DNA of 64,000 bases from Octopus vulgaris (GCA_951406725.2 OX597824.1:19654001-19718000), one strand, 5' to 3'; shown: positions 41,500 to 55,766, counted from the stretch's first letter. Notes: generated by a model not told the origin, from the sequence alone. Program-made: numbers and translations.

Positions 41500-41753
41500 T
41501 GTCCTACCTTCACACTTGCACCAATCTGCGTGGCACCTTGGGCAAGTGTCTTCTATTATAGCCTCGGGCCGACCAAAGCCTTGTGAGTGGATTTGGTAGA
41601 GGGAAACTGAAAGAAGCCCGTCCTGTATATGTATATGTATGTGTGTGTGTGTCTGTGTGTCTGTGTTTGCTCCACCCCAACATCGCTTTACAACCGATGG
41701 TAGTGTGTTTACTTCCCCGTAACTTAGCGGTTCGGCAAAATACAGACACACAA

Positions 41754-41831
<78 letters not shown>

Positions 41832-41969
41832 TATATATATATATACGACGGGCTTCTTTCAGTTTCCCTCTACCAAATCCACTCACAAGGCTTTGGTCGG
41901 CCCGAGGCTATAATAGAAGACACTTGCCCAAGGTGCCACTCAGATTGGTGCAAGTGTGAAGGTAGAACA
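41500..41969. repeat. Inverted duplication of a SINE A fragment plus unique flank
   Basis: Arms ~41500-41622 and 41847-41969 are near-perfect reverse complements that include non-SINE sequence. Confidence 0.9.
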
Positions 41970-42116
41970 CCAACAAAAATCAGCATTGCAAGAATTCTTC
42001 GCAAGGTTCTTGAAGCGTGACTAGTAAACCTTAGTCTCCTGACTGTAGACAGCTGATACTTTCCATCATACCCAGCAAAATAAGCTGTAAGGTTTCATCA
42101 CATAATTAAAGAGTTG

Positions 42117-42570
42117 AGGTAGCAGAACCATTAGCACAGCGGACGTAATGCTTACCAGAATTTCTTCCACTTTTGCATTCTGAGTTCAAACTCCTCCGAG
42201 GTCAACTTCAATTTCCATCTTTTCGGGGTCGATGAAATAAAATAAGGTTCCAGGTGAAAACTGAGGTCGATGTAATAGACTAACCCTCACCCACCAACAT
42301 TTCAAGCCTTGTGCCTACAGTAGGAAGAACTATTATTGCCATTAAGGCGGTGAGTTGGCAAGAATCGTTAGAACATTAAAAAAAAATGCTTTGCGATATT
42401 TCTCCTCGGTTTTTACTATTTGGTTTCAAATCCTGCCAGGGTCATCTTTGTCTTTTATCTTTTCGGTATTGATAAAATTAGTACGAATCAAGTATTGGGA
42501 TTCGATGTAATCGAACAATGTCCCGCCCTTCAAAATCGCTAGCCTTGACACCAAAACCAGAAACCATTAT
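42117..42570 (+). mobile_element. Two tandem SINE family B copies
   Basis: Homology to 39573-39785. Confidence 0.8.
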
Positions 42571-42678
42571 TATTGCTGCTGCTACTGCTGATGCTGCTAC
42601 TGCTGATGCTGCTACTGCTGCTGCTGCTGTCACCACCACCACCGCTGCTGCTGCAGTTATTTGTGTCGTTGCTTATGC

Positions 42679-43957
42679 CCAGCTCATCTTTGATCCAGCT
42701 CATCGTTGATCCAGCTCATCTGATTCTCAGCTCAACCACTTCTCAGCTCATCTTTATTCCCATTTCATCTTTGATCCAGCTTATCTTTGATACAGCTCAA
42801 CTTATTCTCTGCTCATCTTTGATCCAGCTCATCTTATTCTCAGCTCAACCTATTCTCAGCTCATCGTTGATCCAGCTCATCTTTGATACAGCTCAACTTA
42901 TTCTCAGCTCATCTTTGATCCAGCTCAATTTATTCCCATCTCATTTTTGATCCAGCTTGTCTTTGATACAGCTCAACTTATTCTCAGTTCATCTTTGATC
43001 CAGCTCAATTTATTCCCATCTCATCTTTGATCCAGCTTCTCTTTGATACAGCTCAACCTATTCTCAGCTCATCTTTGATCCAGCTCAATTTATTCCCATC
43101 TCATCTTTGATCCAGCTTATCTTTAATACAGCTCAGCTTATTCTCAGTCCATCTTTGATCCATCAGATCTTATTCCCAGCTCAATGTATTCCCATCTCAT
43201 CTTTGATCCAGCTTATCTTTGATACAGCTCAACTTATTTTCAGCTCATCTTTGATCCAGCTCAATTTATTCCCATCTCATTTTTGATACAGCTCAACTTA
43301 TTCTCAGTTCACCTTTGATCCATCATATCTTATTCCCAGCTCAATTTATTCCCATCTCATCTTTGATCCAGCTTATCTTTGATACAGCTCAACTTATTCT
43401 CAGCTCATCTTTGATCCAGCTCAATTTATTCCCATCTCATCTTTGATCCAGCTTATCTTCGATACAGCTCAACTTATTCTTAGTTCATCTTTGATCCATC
43501 ATATCTTATTCCCATCTCATCTTTGATCAGCTTATCTTTGATACAGCTCAACTTATTCTCAGCTCATCTTTGATCCAGCTCAATTTATTCCCATCTCATC
43601 TTTGATCCAGCTTATCTTTGATACAGCTCAACTTATTCTCAGCTCATCTTTGATCCAGCTCAATTTATTCCCATCTCATCTTTGATCCAGCTTATCTTCG
43701 ATACAGCTCAACTTATTCTCAGTTCATCTTTGATCCATCATATCTTATTCCCAGCTCAATTTATTCCCATCTCATCTTTGATCCAGCTCAATTTATTCCC
43801 AGCTCATCTTCGATCCAGCTTATCTTTGTTACAGCTCAACTTATTCTCAGCTCACCTTTGATCCATCATATCTTATTCCCAGCTCAATTTATTCCCATCT
43901 CATCTTTGATCCAGCTTATCTTATTCTCAGCTCATCTTTGATCCAGCTTATCTTTGA
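42679..43957. repeat. 16-bp-monomer satellite with an 80-bp higher-order repeat
   Basis: Units cagctcatctttgatc, cagctcaatttattcc, catctcatctttgatc, cagcttatctttgata and cagctcaacttattct recur in that order. Confidence 0.92.
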
Positions 43958-44375
43958 TGATGATGATGATGATGATGATGCAGCTGAGGCTGATGATGAT
44001 GCTGATGTTGCTGATGATGATGACAATGGAGATGATAAGGGTTTTTTGGGAATATTTTTCAGTTCTGTAGAATGTCGAAAGCACAAAACTTAACATCTAA
44101 CTAAACATTTCCTTGCCGGGATCGAACCGATATAATTCTGGACACACCACACTGTACGGTGGCTTTACGGTCAAGTAATATGTTCCATACTTTGCCTAGA
44201 TGCACAGAACAGACCGGCTCAAGAGGAGTTTCCAAGACCAAATGTTCCCAGGTTCAAATCTTAGTGCTTCCCTCCCTTGTCTCTCACCAACGATCAAAAG
44301 CTAAAACAAAAGTATGCAAATAATAATAACAACAACAACAACAACAACAACAATAATAATAATAATAATAATAAT

Positions 44376-44934
44376 AAATGCTCAGATGCAGTAGAAGACA
44401 GTGGCTCTCATGGCTTCTGATCTTAACTGGTTGGAAGTGTTATCATGTACATTGTTTTGTCTTGGTATAAAAGATGGGCTACAGCAAATATTCTGCTCAA
44501 TACCACAGATTTGCTTGTCAGTTGTTTGACCTTAACCAGTTGACCATGTTGCATAGTGGCTGATGATATGTGCATCTCTGATCACGAGCAGAAGTAGTGC
44601 GGGATCTTCATAGCCATGTGTTGAGAGGAATTCTTTGAGGATTTGAATAATACCTCTCTGGAAACATGGGTGTTTCGTTCAACATCCTTAAACAAAACGT
44701 TTGTCAAGGATCTTTTGAGCAGGATGGGCTACTCAATCTGAAGAAAATTCTAACTGGGCCCCACCTGCAAGGTCATGTGCTGTTTATCTTGGTATGAGAT
44801 CACCATGTCGTGCACATATAGTTGTGATGCATGTGCCTGGTGTACCCTTATCAGACGGGTAGTCATGATGGATATACTGGGCTTCGTATATTTTAACAGC
44901 GTCAGTTTCATAGCATGCACTGTTCTCTCACTCA
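44376..44934 (+). mobile_element. (AAT)n-associated ~560-bp ORF-less element, full length (strand arbitrary)
   Basis: Six homologous copies in the window with shared termini aaatgccctgatgcag...ctctcactc, flanked by AAT/AAC repeats. Confidence 0.85.
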
Positions 44935-44942
44935 ATAATGAT

Positions 44943-44976
<34 letters not shown>

Positions 44977-44984
44977 TTAATGAC

Positions 44985-45544
44985 AAACATCCTGATGCAG
45001 TACCAGGCAGTGGTTCTCATGGCTTCTAATCTTACCTGATTGGAAGTGTTATCATGTGCGTTGTTTTGTCTTGGTATAAAAGATGGGCTACAGCAAATAT
45101 TCTGCTCAATACCACAGATTTGCTTGTCATTTGTTTGACCTTAACCAGTTGAGCATGTCCCTTAGTGGCTGAGGATATGCTCATCTCTGATCAAGAGCAG
45201 AAGTAGTGGGGAAGCATCAAAGCCATTCGTTGAGAGGAATTCTTTGAGGATTTGAATAATTCACTTCTGAAAACATCTGTGTTTCATTCATCATCCTTAA
45301 ACAAACCTTATTCAGAGACCTTTTGAGCGGGATGGGCTACTCGAACTGAAGAAAATTTTAACTAGACCCCACTTGCAAGGTCATGCGCTGTTTATCTTGA
45401 TATGAGATCACCATGTCGTGCACATATGGTTGTGATGCATGTGCGTGGTGTAATTTTATCAGAGGGATAGTCGCGATGGACACATTTGGGCGTCGTATAT
45501 TTGCACCCCAGTGTCACTTTGATGGCAGGAGTTGCTCTCACTCA
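44985..45544 (+). mobile_element. (AAT)n-associated element, second full-length tandem copy
   Basis: Same termini and body as 44376-44934. Confidence 0.85.
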
Positions 45545-45553
45545 ATAATAATG

Positions 45554-45607
<54 letters not shown>

Positions 45608-45620
45608 GTAATAATAATAA

Positions 45621-45733
45621 TATATGGCACACTAGGCATAACAACAACGTGAACTTCCAACCTGTGGTCTCTCGAGGTCTCTGGGTGAGACTTGGAGCCA
45701 ACTTGTACAGATATAAAGCAAAAGTCAAACATA
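45621..45733 (+). mobile_element. R4/Dong-like 3' UTR-only insertion in (AAT)n
   Basis: Matches 1855-1965 (gaggtctctgggtgagac...aacttgtaca...aaagcaaaagtcaaacat). Confidence 0.85.
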
Positions 45734-45811
<78 letters not shown>

Positions 45812-46173
45812 TAATAACAACATTAATAATAATTTTAAAAAATCAAAATACGCAATAACTAAATCAAAATGTACCCGTTTCTCAAGCAGGAAATAAAAGA
45901 TAGAATTGCTTATTGCTCTTGAGAAAGATATTGCTGCAAGAATGAAAAAGATTGCTATAACTACTCGCGCGTGCGTGCACACATATTCATATGAGAATAA
46001 GCGACTATGCCATGAACACCATTAGCTTACAGTTGTTTCTGCTGTCAGACACAATGCACTCACATTCCAGTGCTTGAGTAATAAACCTAAAGCTTCATCG
46101 CAGATTCAAATACGAAGTGCACTTTTATTTAAGATGCAATGCCTTAGAGAGAAATATTAAACTATATATAAAT

Positions 46174-46206
<33 letters not shown>

Positions 46207-46384
46207 ATACTTAAACAAAAATATTATTCACACTGACTCTGAAGATTCGACATGCGTAGCCGTCAACGGAGTGCGCTTAATTGGCCAACGCTTTGAAGTC
46301 ACAGCCAATAGCCTTCTTGTTTAAGAATAACAAATATGTATTCCACTAATGTATGGCGTAACCCTTTGGATTAATTGATCATAA

Positions 46385-46449
<65 letters not shown>

Positions 46450-46450
<1 letters not shown>

Positions 46451-46725
46451 GGGTGAATGTAGCAAGGATGGCACGTACGAATGACGAAGCCACCTTGAGC
46501 ATAATCCTATGAACCCAGAATTTGAAAACAGAGGGTTACCCACTTGCAAACAAATGTGGTAACATATAACAATATTGACCAAGGTTACCGTGGTCTTTTT
46601 CGTAGGCTTTTCTTCCCACGGATAAACCTTACTTGCTTTCCCCTTTACACCATATATCATAACACTGTGATACACGATCCCTATTGATCGTTTTTTCTCC
46701 TCTTCCCCATTTTTTTCCCCCTTTT
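46450..46725 (+). mobile_element. Probable L1/Tx1-group LINE 3' end
   Basis: WVNVARMARTNDEATLSIIL* followed by a pyrimidine-rich UTR; peptide similarity to 35770-36045. Confidence 0.4.
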
Positions 46726-46726
46726 T

Positions 46727-47015
46727 TGAGAGGAATTCTTTGAGGATTTGAATAATTCACTTCTGAAAACATCGGTGTTTCATTCATCATCCTTAAACAA
46801 ACCTTATTCAGAGACCTTTTGAGCGGGATGGGCTACTCGAACTGAAGAAAATTTTAACTGGGCCCCAACTGCAAGGTCATGCGCTGTTTATCTTGATATG
46901 AGATCACCATGTCGTGCACATATGGTTGTGATGCATGTGCGTGGTGTAATTTTATCAGAGGGATAGTCGCGATGGACACGTTTCGGCGTCGTATATTTGC
47001 ACCCCAGTGTCACTT
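46727..47015 (+). mobile_element. (AAT)n-associated element fragment duplicated from 45231-45519
   Basis: Shares copy-specific variants with the 44985 copy. Confidence 0.85.
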
Positions 47016-47390
47016 GCTTCTGTCATTTGACGGCGGCCATGCTGGAGCACCGCCTATAGTCGAGTAACTCGACCCCGGGACTTATTCTTTGTAAGCCCAG
47101 TACTTATTCTATCGGTCTCTTTTGCCGAACAGCTAATTGACGGGGACATAAACACACCAGCATCGGTTGTCAAGCCAATGCTTGTGGGACAAACACAGAC
47201 ACACAAACACACACGCACATAATATATATACATATATACGACGGGCTTCTTTCAGTTTCCGTCTACCAAATCCACTCACAAGGCTTTGGTCGGCCCGAGG
47301 CTATAGCAGAAGACACTTGCCCAAGGCGCCGGAACCCGGAACCATGTGGTTGGTAAGCAAGCTACTTACCACACAGCCACTCCTCCGCCT
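47016..47390 (-). mobile_element. SINE family A
   Basis: Consensus match. Confidence 0.9.
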
Positions 47391-47445
47391 AAATACATTT
47401 TATATATATACATCATATATATAAAATGCATAAAACATATCATCT

Positions 47446-47800
47446 GGAGTGGCTGTGTAGTGAGAAGTTTCCTTCTCAACCACTATCTTCTACTATAGCC
47501 TCGGGTTGACCAATCCTTGCGAGTGGATTTTGTAGGCGGAAACTGAAAGAAGCCCGTCGTATATGTGTGTGTGTGTGTGTGTATGTGTTTGTGTGTCTGT
47601 GTTTTCCTCACCAACATCGCTTGACAAACGATGTTGGTGTGTTTACGTCTCCGTAACTTAGCGGTTCAGCAACAAAGATAGACCGGTAGAAAAAGAACTA
47701 GGCTTACAAAGAATAAGTCCTGGGGTCGATTTGTTCTAGTAAAATACGGTGCTCCAGCATGGCCGCAGAAAAAAGCATGACAGAAACAAGCAAAAGATTA
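47446..47800 (+). mobile_element. SINE family A, diverged
   Basis: Consensus match with a deletion in the head. Confidence 0.85.
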
Positions 47801-47803
47801 ACA

Positions 47804-47882
<79 letters not shown>

Positions 47883-47982
47883 CATATATATATACATACA
47901 TATATATAGATATATATATGTGTATATATATATATATATATACACATACATACATACATCTGTATATATGTGTATGTATTTA

Positions 47983-48013
<31 letters not shown>

Positions 48014-48533
48014 TCTTTTTTTCTTTTACTTATTTCAGTTGACTGCGGCCATATATGTATGCATGTATCTATGAATGTATATACACATATATACATATAG
48101 ATACAATTGTATATCTATACATATGTGTATATACATACACATGGGTGTGTATATGTGCGTATGTGTGTGTGTGTGTGTGTGTGTGTATAATATCAATTTT
48201 AAGGTGTATATATTTATGTTATTTTGTTCACACTGACATTAAACATGTCTTCATATAAATCAAAATCTTCTCAACCGGTTCACATTCTCAAAATATGCAA
48301 CACCATTCATGCGTGAAAAAAAAATGTGAAATTAAAGCTATAAAGTGCTATGAGGGAGAAAGAGTAAGACAGAAGAGAGAGGGAGAGAGAGAGAGAGAGA
48401 GAGTAAGAGGGAGAGAGAGAGAGAGAGAGAGAGGGGGAGACTGAGAGAGAGGGAGGAGAGAAGGAGACAAAATGCATGTTTGAGCGTGTGAATGTCTTTG
48501 TGTGTATGTATGTGTACGTGTGTGCGCGCGTCC

Positions 48534-48571
<38 letters not shown>

Positions 48572-48878
48572 AGGTTTGTACTTATCAATTACATAAGATA
48601 TATATAGGTAAGTATATATATATATTTATGTATGCAAATATATATGTGTGTATATATATATATATATATACATATATATATGTATACGTATATATATATA
48701 TATATATATATATATGTAAATATATATATGTGTATATATATATACATGTCTATATATATATATATGTATGTATATGTGTATGTATGTTTGTATATATACA
48801 TACATACAGACACATACACTGACATACATATATGTGATATATATAGACATTTAAAGGCATATTTATAATATGTATGTC

Positions 48879-48910
<32 letters not shown>

Positions 48911-49028
48911 AAATATATACATATATATATGTATATATTTGCCAGGTGGTGCTATTAAGTTAGACATGGCCTGGGCCAATACTGGCCAAAACCTTTCTAA
49001 GTTATTCTAACTTATGAATATATATGTA

Positions 49029-49063
<35 letters not shown>

Positions 49064-49520
49064 ATATATATATGAATATATATGTATCTGTATATATATA
49101 CATATATATATGAATATATGTATGTATGTGTATATATATATGTATATGCGTATATATATATGTATATATATGTATATATATGCATATGCGTATGTGTCTA
49201 TAAATATGTATATATAAATACACATATATGATACGTACTATGATGTGTATATGTGTATATATATATATATATTATGTAATAGGGGTTATAAAGGTTTCCT
49301 TTGTACATATTTCGTATATAAAACATATATAAAAAAAACATCATTAGACATATATGTATCCTGCAAAAGGTATACATTTTCTGGTTCTTATAAAGGTGTG
49401 TTTGTATATATAATAATAATAATGCATATTTATATATATATAGGTGTGTATATAAGTGTGTGTGTGTGCGTAAATATATATATATGTATATATATACATA
49501 TATATGTATGTATGTATCTA

Positions 49521-49608
<88 letters not shown>

Positions 49609-49992
49609 TAGATATATATACATACATATGCTTGTATACATGTATATACAACCATATATATATTTATCAGCATCTATACATACAACTCAATGCAAAATTA
49701 TATATGTATACACGCACACACACACACTGACACACCTATATATGTATAGACAACAGGTATACAATACAAATTATATAATACATAACATAATATATATGAT
49801 ATACATCATATTCATATACTATGCTCAATAAAATAACTATATGCTGTAATATCTATTTAGCTATATACGTATGTGAATATATATGCATATACAAAACGTT
49901 TCTAATTTGCATGCATTAGAATCAGTATATATACAAAAAGTTACTATATATACAATACATACACACTTATATATACATACATAAATACATAC

Positions 49993-50057
<65 letters not shown>

Positions 50058-50111
50058 TATGTATTTGTTACACGTGCATATATGTGTGTTCTGTGCATAT
50101 GTATGTATGTT

Positions 50112-50142
<31 letters not shown>

Positions 50143-50519
50143 ATAATCACACATACATACATACAGGTGCAACATAAGAATATGTATATAACCATATTCG
50201 TTCAAATATATATAAAAAGGATGTACATATGTGTGTGTATATCTGTATTTCATATATAAGGTCTTAATTAATGTACATATAGGAACATATACATTATATA
50301 CATACACACACAGACATATATATATATGCTTATACAGACATACATAGAGAGAGATAGAGATGTGGGTGTGTGTACCTATATATATATATATATATATATA
50401 TATAACTTTGATAACATAACTAGTGTATGTCATCGTGACATACTCATCCAAATACAAATACATACGCACATGCATAAATTCTATATATGCGTGTGTATAT
50501 AATATGTGTATATAATATT

Positions 50520-50562
<43 letters not shown>

Positions 50563-50640
50563 ATACTTGCATACATAATTATGCATTACGTGTATTCATG
50601 TATATATAGATAGGTACTCACATCTAGACATATACATGTT

Positions 50641-50739
<99 letters not shown>

Positions 50740-50900
50740 GTACATTTACATATAATCACATTTGTATATATATTTATACACATATATATATAAATATTTA
50801 TATATAAATATATATAATATATATATAAACATATATATATATATATATATGCATACATATATTAGTCTGTAAATATACACATATGTACATATGCATCTAC

Positions 50901-50945
<45 letters not shown>

Positions 50946-51008
50946 TATACATGCTTATAAATATTTATATACGAATACAATTATATTGTGATATATATAT
51001 ATATATAT

Positions 51009-51087
<79 letters not shown>

Positions 51088-51239
51088 TGGATATACAATC
51101 ATAACATGAAGATTCTTAAAGTGATATATATATATATATTTATATATAATGATGTATATGTGTTAAGCACACACACATATACATACATACATACATACAT
51201 ACATACATACATACATACATACATACATACATACATACA

Positions 51240-51275
<36 letters not shown>

Positions 51276-51469
51276 TATATATACGTGTGTGTGTGTGTGT
51301 GTGTGTATGTATATAAGTAGATATATCCTGTGCGTGTGTATTACGATACGAATGGTAGGGTAACGCTAGATTGTACGTCACCGATGATATACTGTCAACG
51401 AAATATGATGATGTATACGAAAGTGTATGCACACACAACACGGTGTCGACATACATTCATATTTTTTTG

Positions 51470-51679
51470 CTGTTTTACTTGTTTCAGTCATTTGACTGCG
51501 GCCATGCTGGAGCACCACCTTTAGTCGAGCAACTCGACCCCGGGACTTATTCTTTTTGTAAGCCCAGTACTTATTCTATCGGTCGTCTCTTTTGCCGAAC
51601 CGCTAAGTGACGGGGACGTAAACACACCAGCATCGGCTGTCAAGCAATGCTAGGGGGACAAACACAGACACACAAACAT

Positions 51680-51765
<86 letters not shown>

Positions 51766-51823
51766 GATTGATTGATTGATTCTAGTTTCAGCTTATGAGT
51801 TGTGGCCATGCTGGGGCACCGCC

Positions 51824-51870
<47 letters not shown>

Positions 51871-52037
51871 TACGACGGGCTTCTTTCAGTTTCCATCTGC
51901 CAAATGCACTCACAAGGCATTGGTCGGCCCGGGGCTATAGCGGAAGACACTTGCCCAAGGTGCCACGCAGTGGGGACTGAACCCGGGACCATGTGGTTGG
52001 TTAGCAAGCTACTTACCACATAGCCACTCCTGCGCCT
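51470..52037 (-). mobile_element. SINE family A with a ~45-bp tail-like insert at 51780-51825
   Basis: Consensus match; the insert lies in the internal microsatellite. Confidence 0.9.
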
Positions 52038-52207
52038 ATGTGCGTTTTAATGTGTGTGTGTGTGTGTGAGCGTTTGTCTCTGTTTTCATAACATGCGTAC
52101 GTTCACACAGTGAGGTGAGTGCATATCTGCATACGTAGATACACATACACACACGCACCTACGTTCACACACGCACTCAAACAAACAGACATACACATAG
52201 AAGCATA

Positions 52208-52242
<35 letters not shown>

Positions 52243-52581
52243 AATTCACACACACACACACACACACACACATAGGCATACACACTCAGACACGAAACAA
52301 ATCGGTTTAACTTGACAAACATATCCACATTAATGCCTAGGCAACGGGGCATACATACAGACCTACATACATTCATTCATACATACATACATACATAAAT
52401 ATATACATACATACATACACACATACATACATACAATCATACATACATTCATACATACATACATACATACATACATACACACATACATACATATATACGT
52501 ACGTACAGAAATATATATGTATACACACACATATATACGCATGTATATATATTTAAGAACGTATGTATATATATATATATA

Positions 52582-53005
52582 TGCGAAGGAGTGGCGGTGT
52601 GGTAAGTAGCTTGCTTGCCAACCACATGGTTCTGGGTTCAGACCCATTGCGTGGCATCTTGGGCAAGTGTCTTCTGCTATAGCCTCGGGCCGACCAAAGA
52701 CTTGTGAGTGGATTTGGCAGACGGAAACTGAAAAGAAGCCCGTCATATATGCATATATGTATGTGTGTGTGTGTGTATACGTTTTTGTGTCTGTTTTTGT
52801 CCCCCACCACCAACAACCTCGCTTGACAACCGATGGTGGAGTGTTTACGTCCCCGTAACATGGCGGATCGGCAAAAGAAGATCGATAGAGTAAGTACTAG
52901 GCTTGCAAAGAATAATCCTGCGGTCGATTTGCTCGACTAAAGGCAAGGCGGTGCTCCAGCTTGGCCGCAGTCAAACGACTGAAACAAGTGAAAGCGTAAA
53001 AGAGC
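52582..53005 (+). mobile_element. SINE family A
   Basis: Consensus match. Confidence 0.9.
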
Positions 53006-53083
53006 ATATATATATATATATATATATATATAATGGCGGTGCTCCAGTATGGCCACAGCTCATGAGCTGAAACTAGATAAACA

Positions 53084-53217
<134 letters not shown>

Positions 53218-54067
53218 ATATATTTTTATATATATATATATATATATCTATATGTATATATATATGTATATATATATATATATATATATACATATATATA
53301 CATATATAGATATAGATATGATATGCGAAAAGGTACGACAAACTGTGGATGAAGGGTGAAAGAATATTTTTATAAAAAAGAAAATAAACAAGGATATAAA
53401 CAAACAAAAAGCAAGACAACAACAACACCAACAACACCAACTCTGTTCTGAACACAGGAGGGTCAGTCTGGTAGCTCCCGGTGTTAGTAATAGCAGCCAA
53501 ATCCCCTTTAAATCACAGCACGTGCGCTTACTAGAGAATGATTGATATTAGACGGGAGAGGTAACATTTCTTGCGTGTAGTGAGGTAATATAGCCGGCGT
53601 AGAGGTCACGGCTGGAATTCGTTTCGATTATAAATAAGGTCTCGTGTTTCTAGGTTTTCTCAGGGTTAAAGAACAGCGATAGCCATGATGATAATGATAA
53701 CAATAACAGTATGAAACGTTAGCTACAGCCACATCGATAACAATAATAACAACAACATCGAGAAATTCTCCAAAGGGGACGTGTTTATGTGGATGGTACG
53801 TGTGCTAGAAATAGAAGCTAAATCTTCCTAAAAATTTGAAAACACTCCTAAATGTTGTTATGAAGAAAATGTAAAAATATAAAAAAGCGGACACAATTGA
53901 TAGCGTAGTCCAAGAGACACGATGACATCAAAGGATGAAATGTAAAAATTGAAAATTAAAAAGAAATAAGAGAAGGGGAGGTGGTCACGCTTTGAAAGGT
54001 CTTTGATGAAATGTCTGTAAGGATTGGAGGGGGGGGTAGGGATGGAAATTGGTAAGGATGGAATTGC

Positions 54068-54102
54068 ACAACGACAACAGCAGCAACAATAACAACAACA
54101 GC

Positions 54103-54155
<53 letters not shown>

Positions 54156-54742
54156 ACAACTGCAAGGAAGTTAAGAACGAGACGAAGAAGAAGAGGAGGA
54201 GGAGGAAGAAGAAGAAGAAGGAGAAAAAGAAGAAGTAGAAGTAGAAGAAGATGATGATGATGATGATGATGAAGAAGAAAAAGAAGAAGAAGAAGAAGAA
54301 GAAGAAGATTAAAGGAGAAGAAGATTAAAGAAGAAGAAGAACAAGAAGAAGAAGAAGAAGAAGAAGATTAAAGAAGAAGGAGAAGAAGATTAAAGAAGAA
54401 GAAGAACAAGAAGAAGAAGAAGAAGAAGAAGAAGAAGAAGAAGAAGAAGAAGAAGAAGGATAAGAATAAGAAGAAGGAGAAGAAGAAGACGACGAAAAGG
54501 AAGAAGAAGGTGAAGAAGAAGAAGAAGAAGAAGAAAAAGAAGAAGAAGAAGAAGAAGAAGAAGAAGACGAAAAGGAAGAAGAAGGTGAAGAAGAAGAAGA
54601 CGAAAAGGAAGAAGAAGGTGAAGAAGAAGAAGAAGGAGGTGAAGAAGAAGAAGAAGAAGAAGAAGAAGAAGAAGAAGAAGAAGAAGAAGAAGAAGACTGA
54701 AATGGAAGTAGAAGAAGTGGATCAACAACAACAACAACAACA
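54068..54742. repeat. (CAA)n followed by a long degenerate (GAA)n tract with internal duplications
   Basis: Directly visible. Confidence 0.92.
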
Positions 54743-54857
54743 GGAATGACAATGAATGAAAAAGGAAGAATGAAGAAAACTAAGAATGAATTACAAGAAA
54801 AACAAATACGAAAAGTCGTAAGAAAATATGAAGGACCGACGGGGTGTGCCTTCAGTG

Positions 54858-54901
<44 letters not shown>

Positions 54902-55552
54902 CATATATATACATATATATATATATATGTATATATACACACACACACACACATGTGTGTGTGTGTTACATAAAAAACGGTAAAGATCGCAAGATGTAAA
55001 TAACAGGAATGGTAATGAAGAGACGAGAGGGAAATAGAAAAATTATGCTCACAGTAATATACTGGTAACCTTTGGCAATCTGATGTTTGTGTTTTAGCGT
55101 GTGTAGATATGTATGGCTGTGTGTGTGTGTGTGTGTAGTGTGTGTGTGTGTGTGTGTCTGTGTGTCAGTCCGTGTGTGTGTGTGCGTGGGTCTGTGTGTG
55201 AGTGTGTGTGAGTGTGTGTGTGTGTGTGTGTATCGTATTTCACATGCTAGTGCTTGTGATGCAAGACAATCAGTGAAAAAGTGCATGTATGTATAATATT
55301 GGATGTGTGAGTGAGCGCGTATGTGTGCGTGTGTGCGCGCGCGTGTGTGCGAGAGAGAGAGAGAGAGAGAGAACGAGAGAGAGAGAGAGAGAGATGTATA
55401 ACATAATTTGTATGTAAAAATCAAAACAAAACAAAAATATTGCCTGAATACACACACACAAATATATATATAATATATATAATATATATATATATGTGTG
55501 TGTATGTATGTATGTATGTATGTATGTATATATATATATGTATGTATACATG

Positions 55553-55606
<54 letters not shown>

Positions 55607-55766
55607 CATAGCTACATACATATATATATATAAATATACAATGATTCAAAAATTTTGAATGGAATATTCTGCTACAGCCACCACCACCACCGCCACCACC
55701 GCCACCGCCACCATTGCCTCAACTGCTGCTGCTGTGACTGCTACTGCTACCTTCGATGTTGTTGTT

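Noticed and set aside
42679-43957. CRISPR-like regular array or repetitive protein exon
   Set aside because: No unique spacers and no cas genes; the 16-bp and 80-bp periods are not multiples of 3, and no long ORF spans the array.
44376-44440. HDV-like or hammerhead ribozyme at the end of the AAT-associated element
   Set aside because: I could not build P1/P3/P1.1 pairings or a CUGANGA...GAAA core by eye; a descriptor search is needed.
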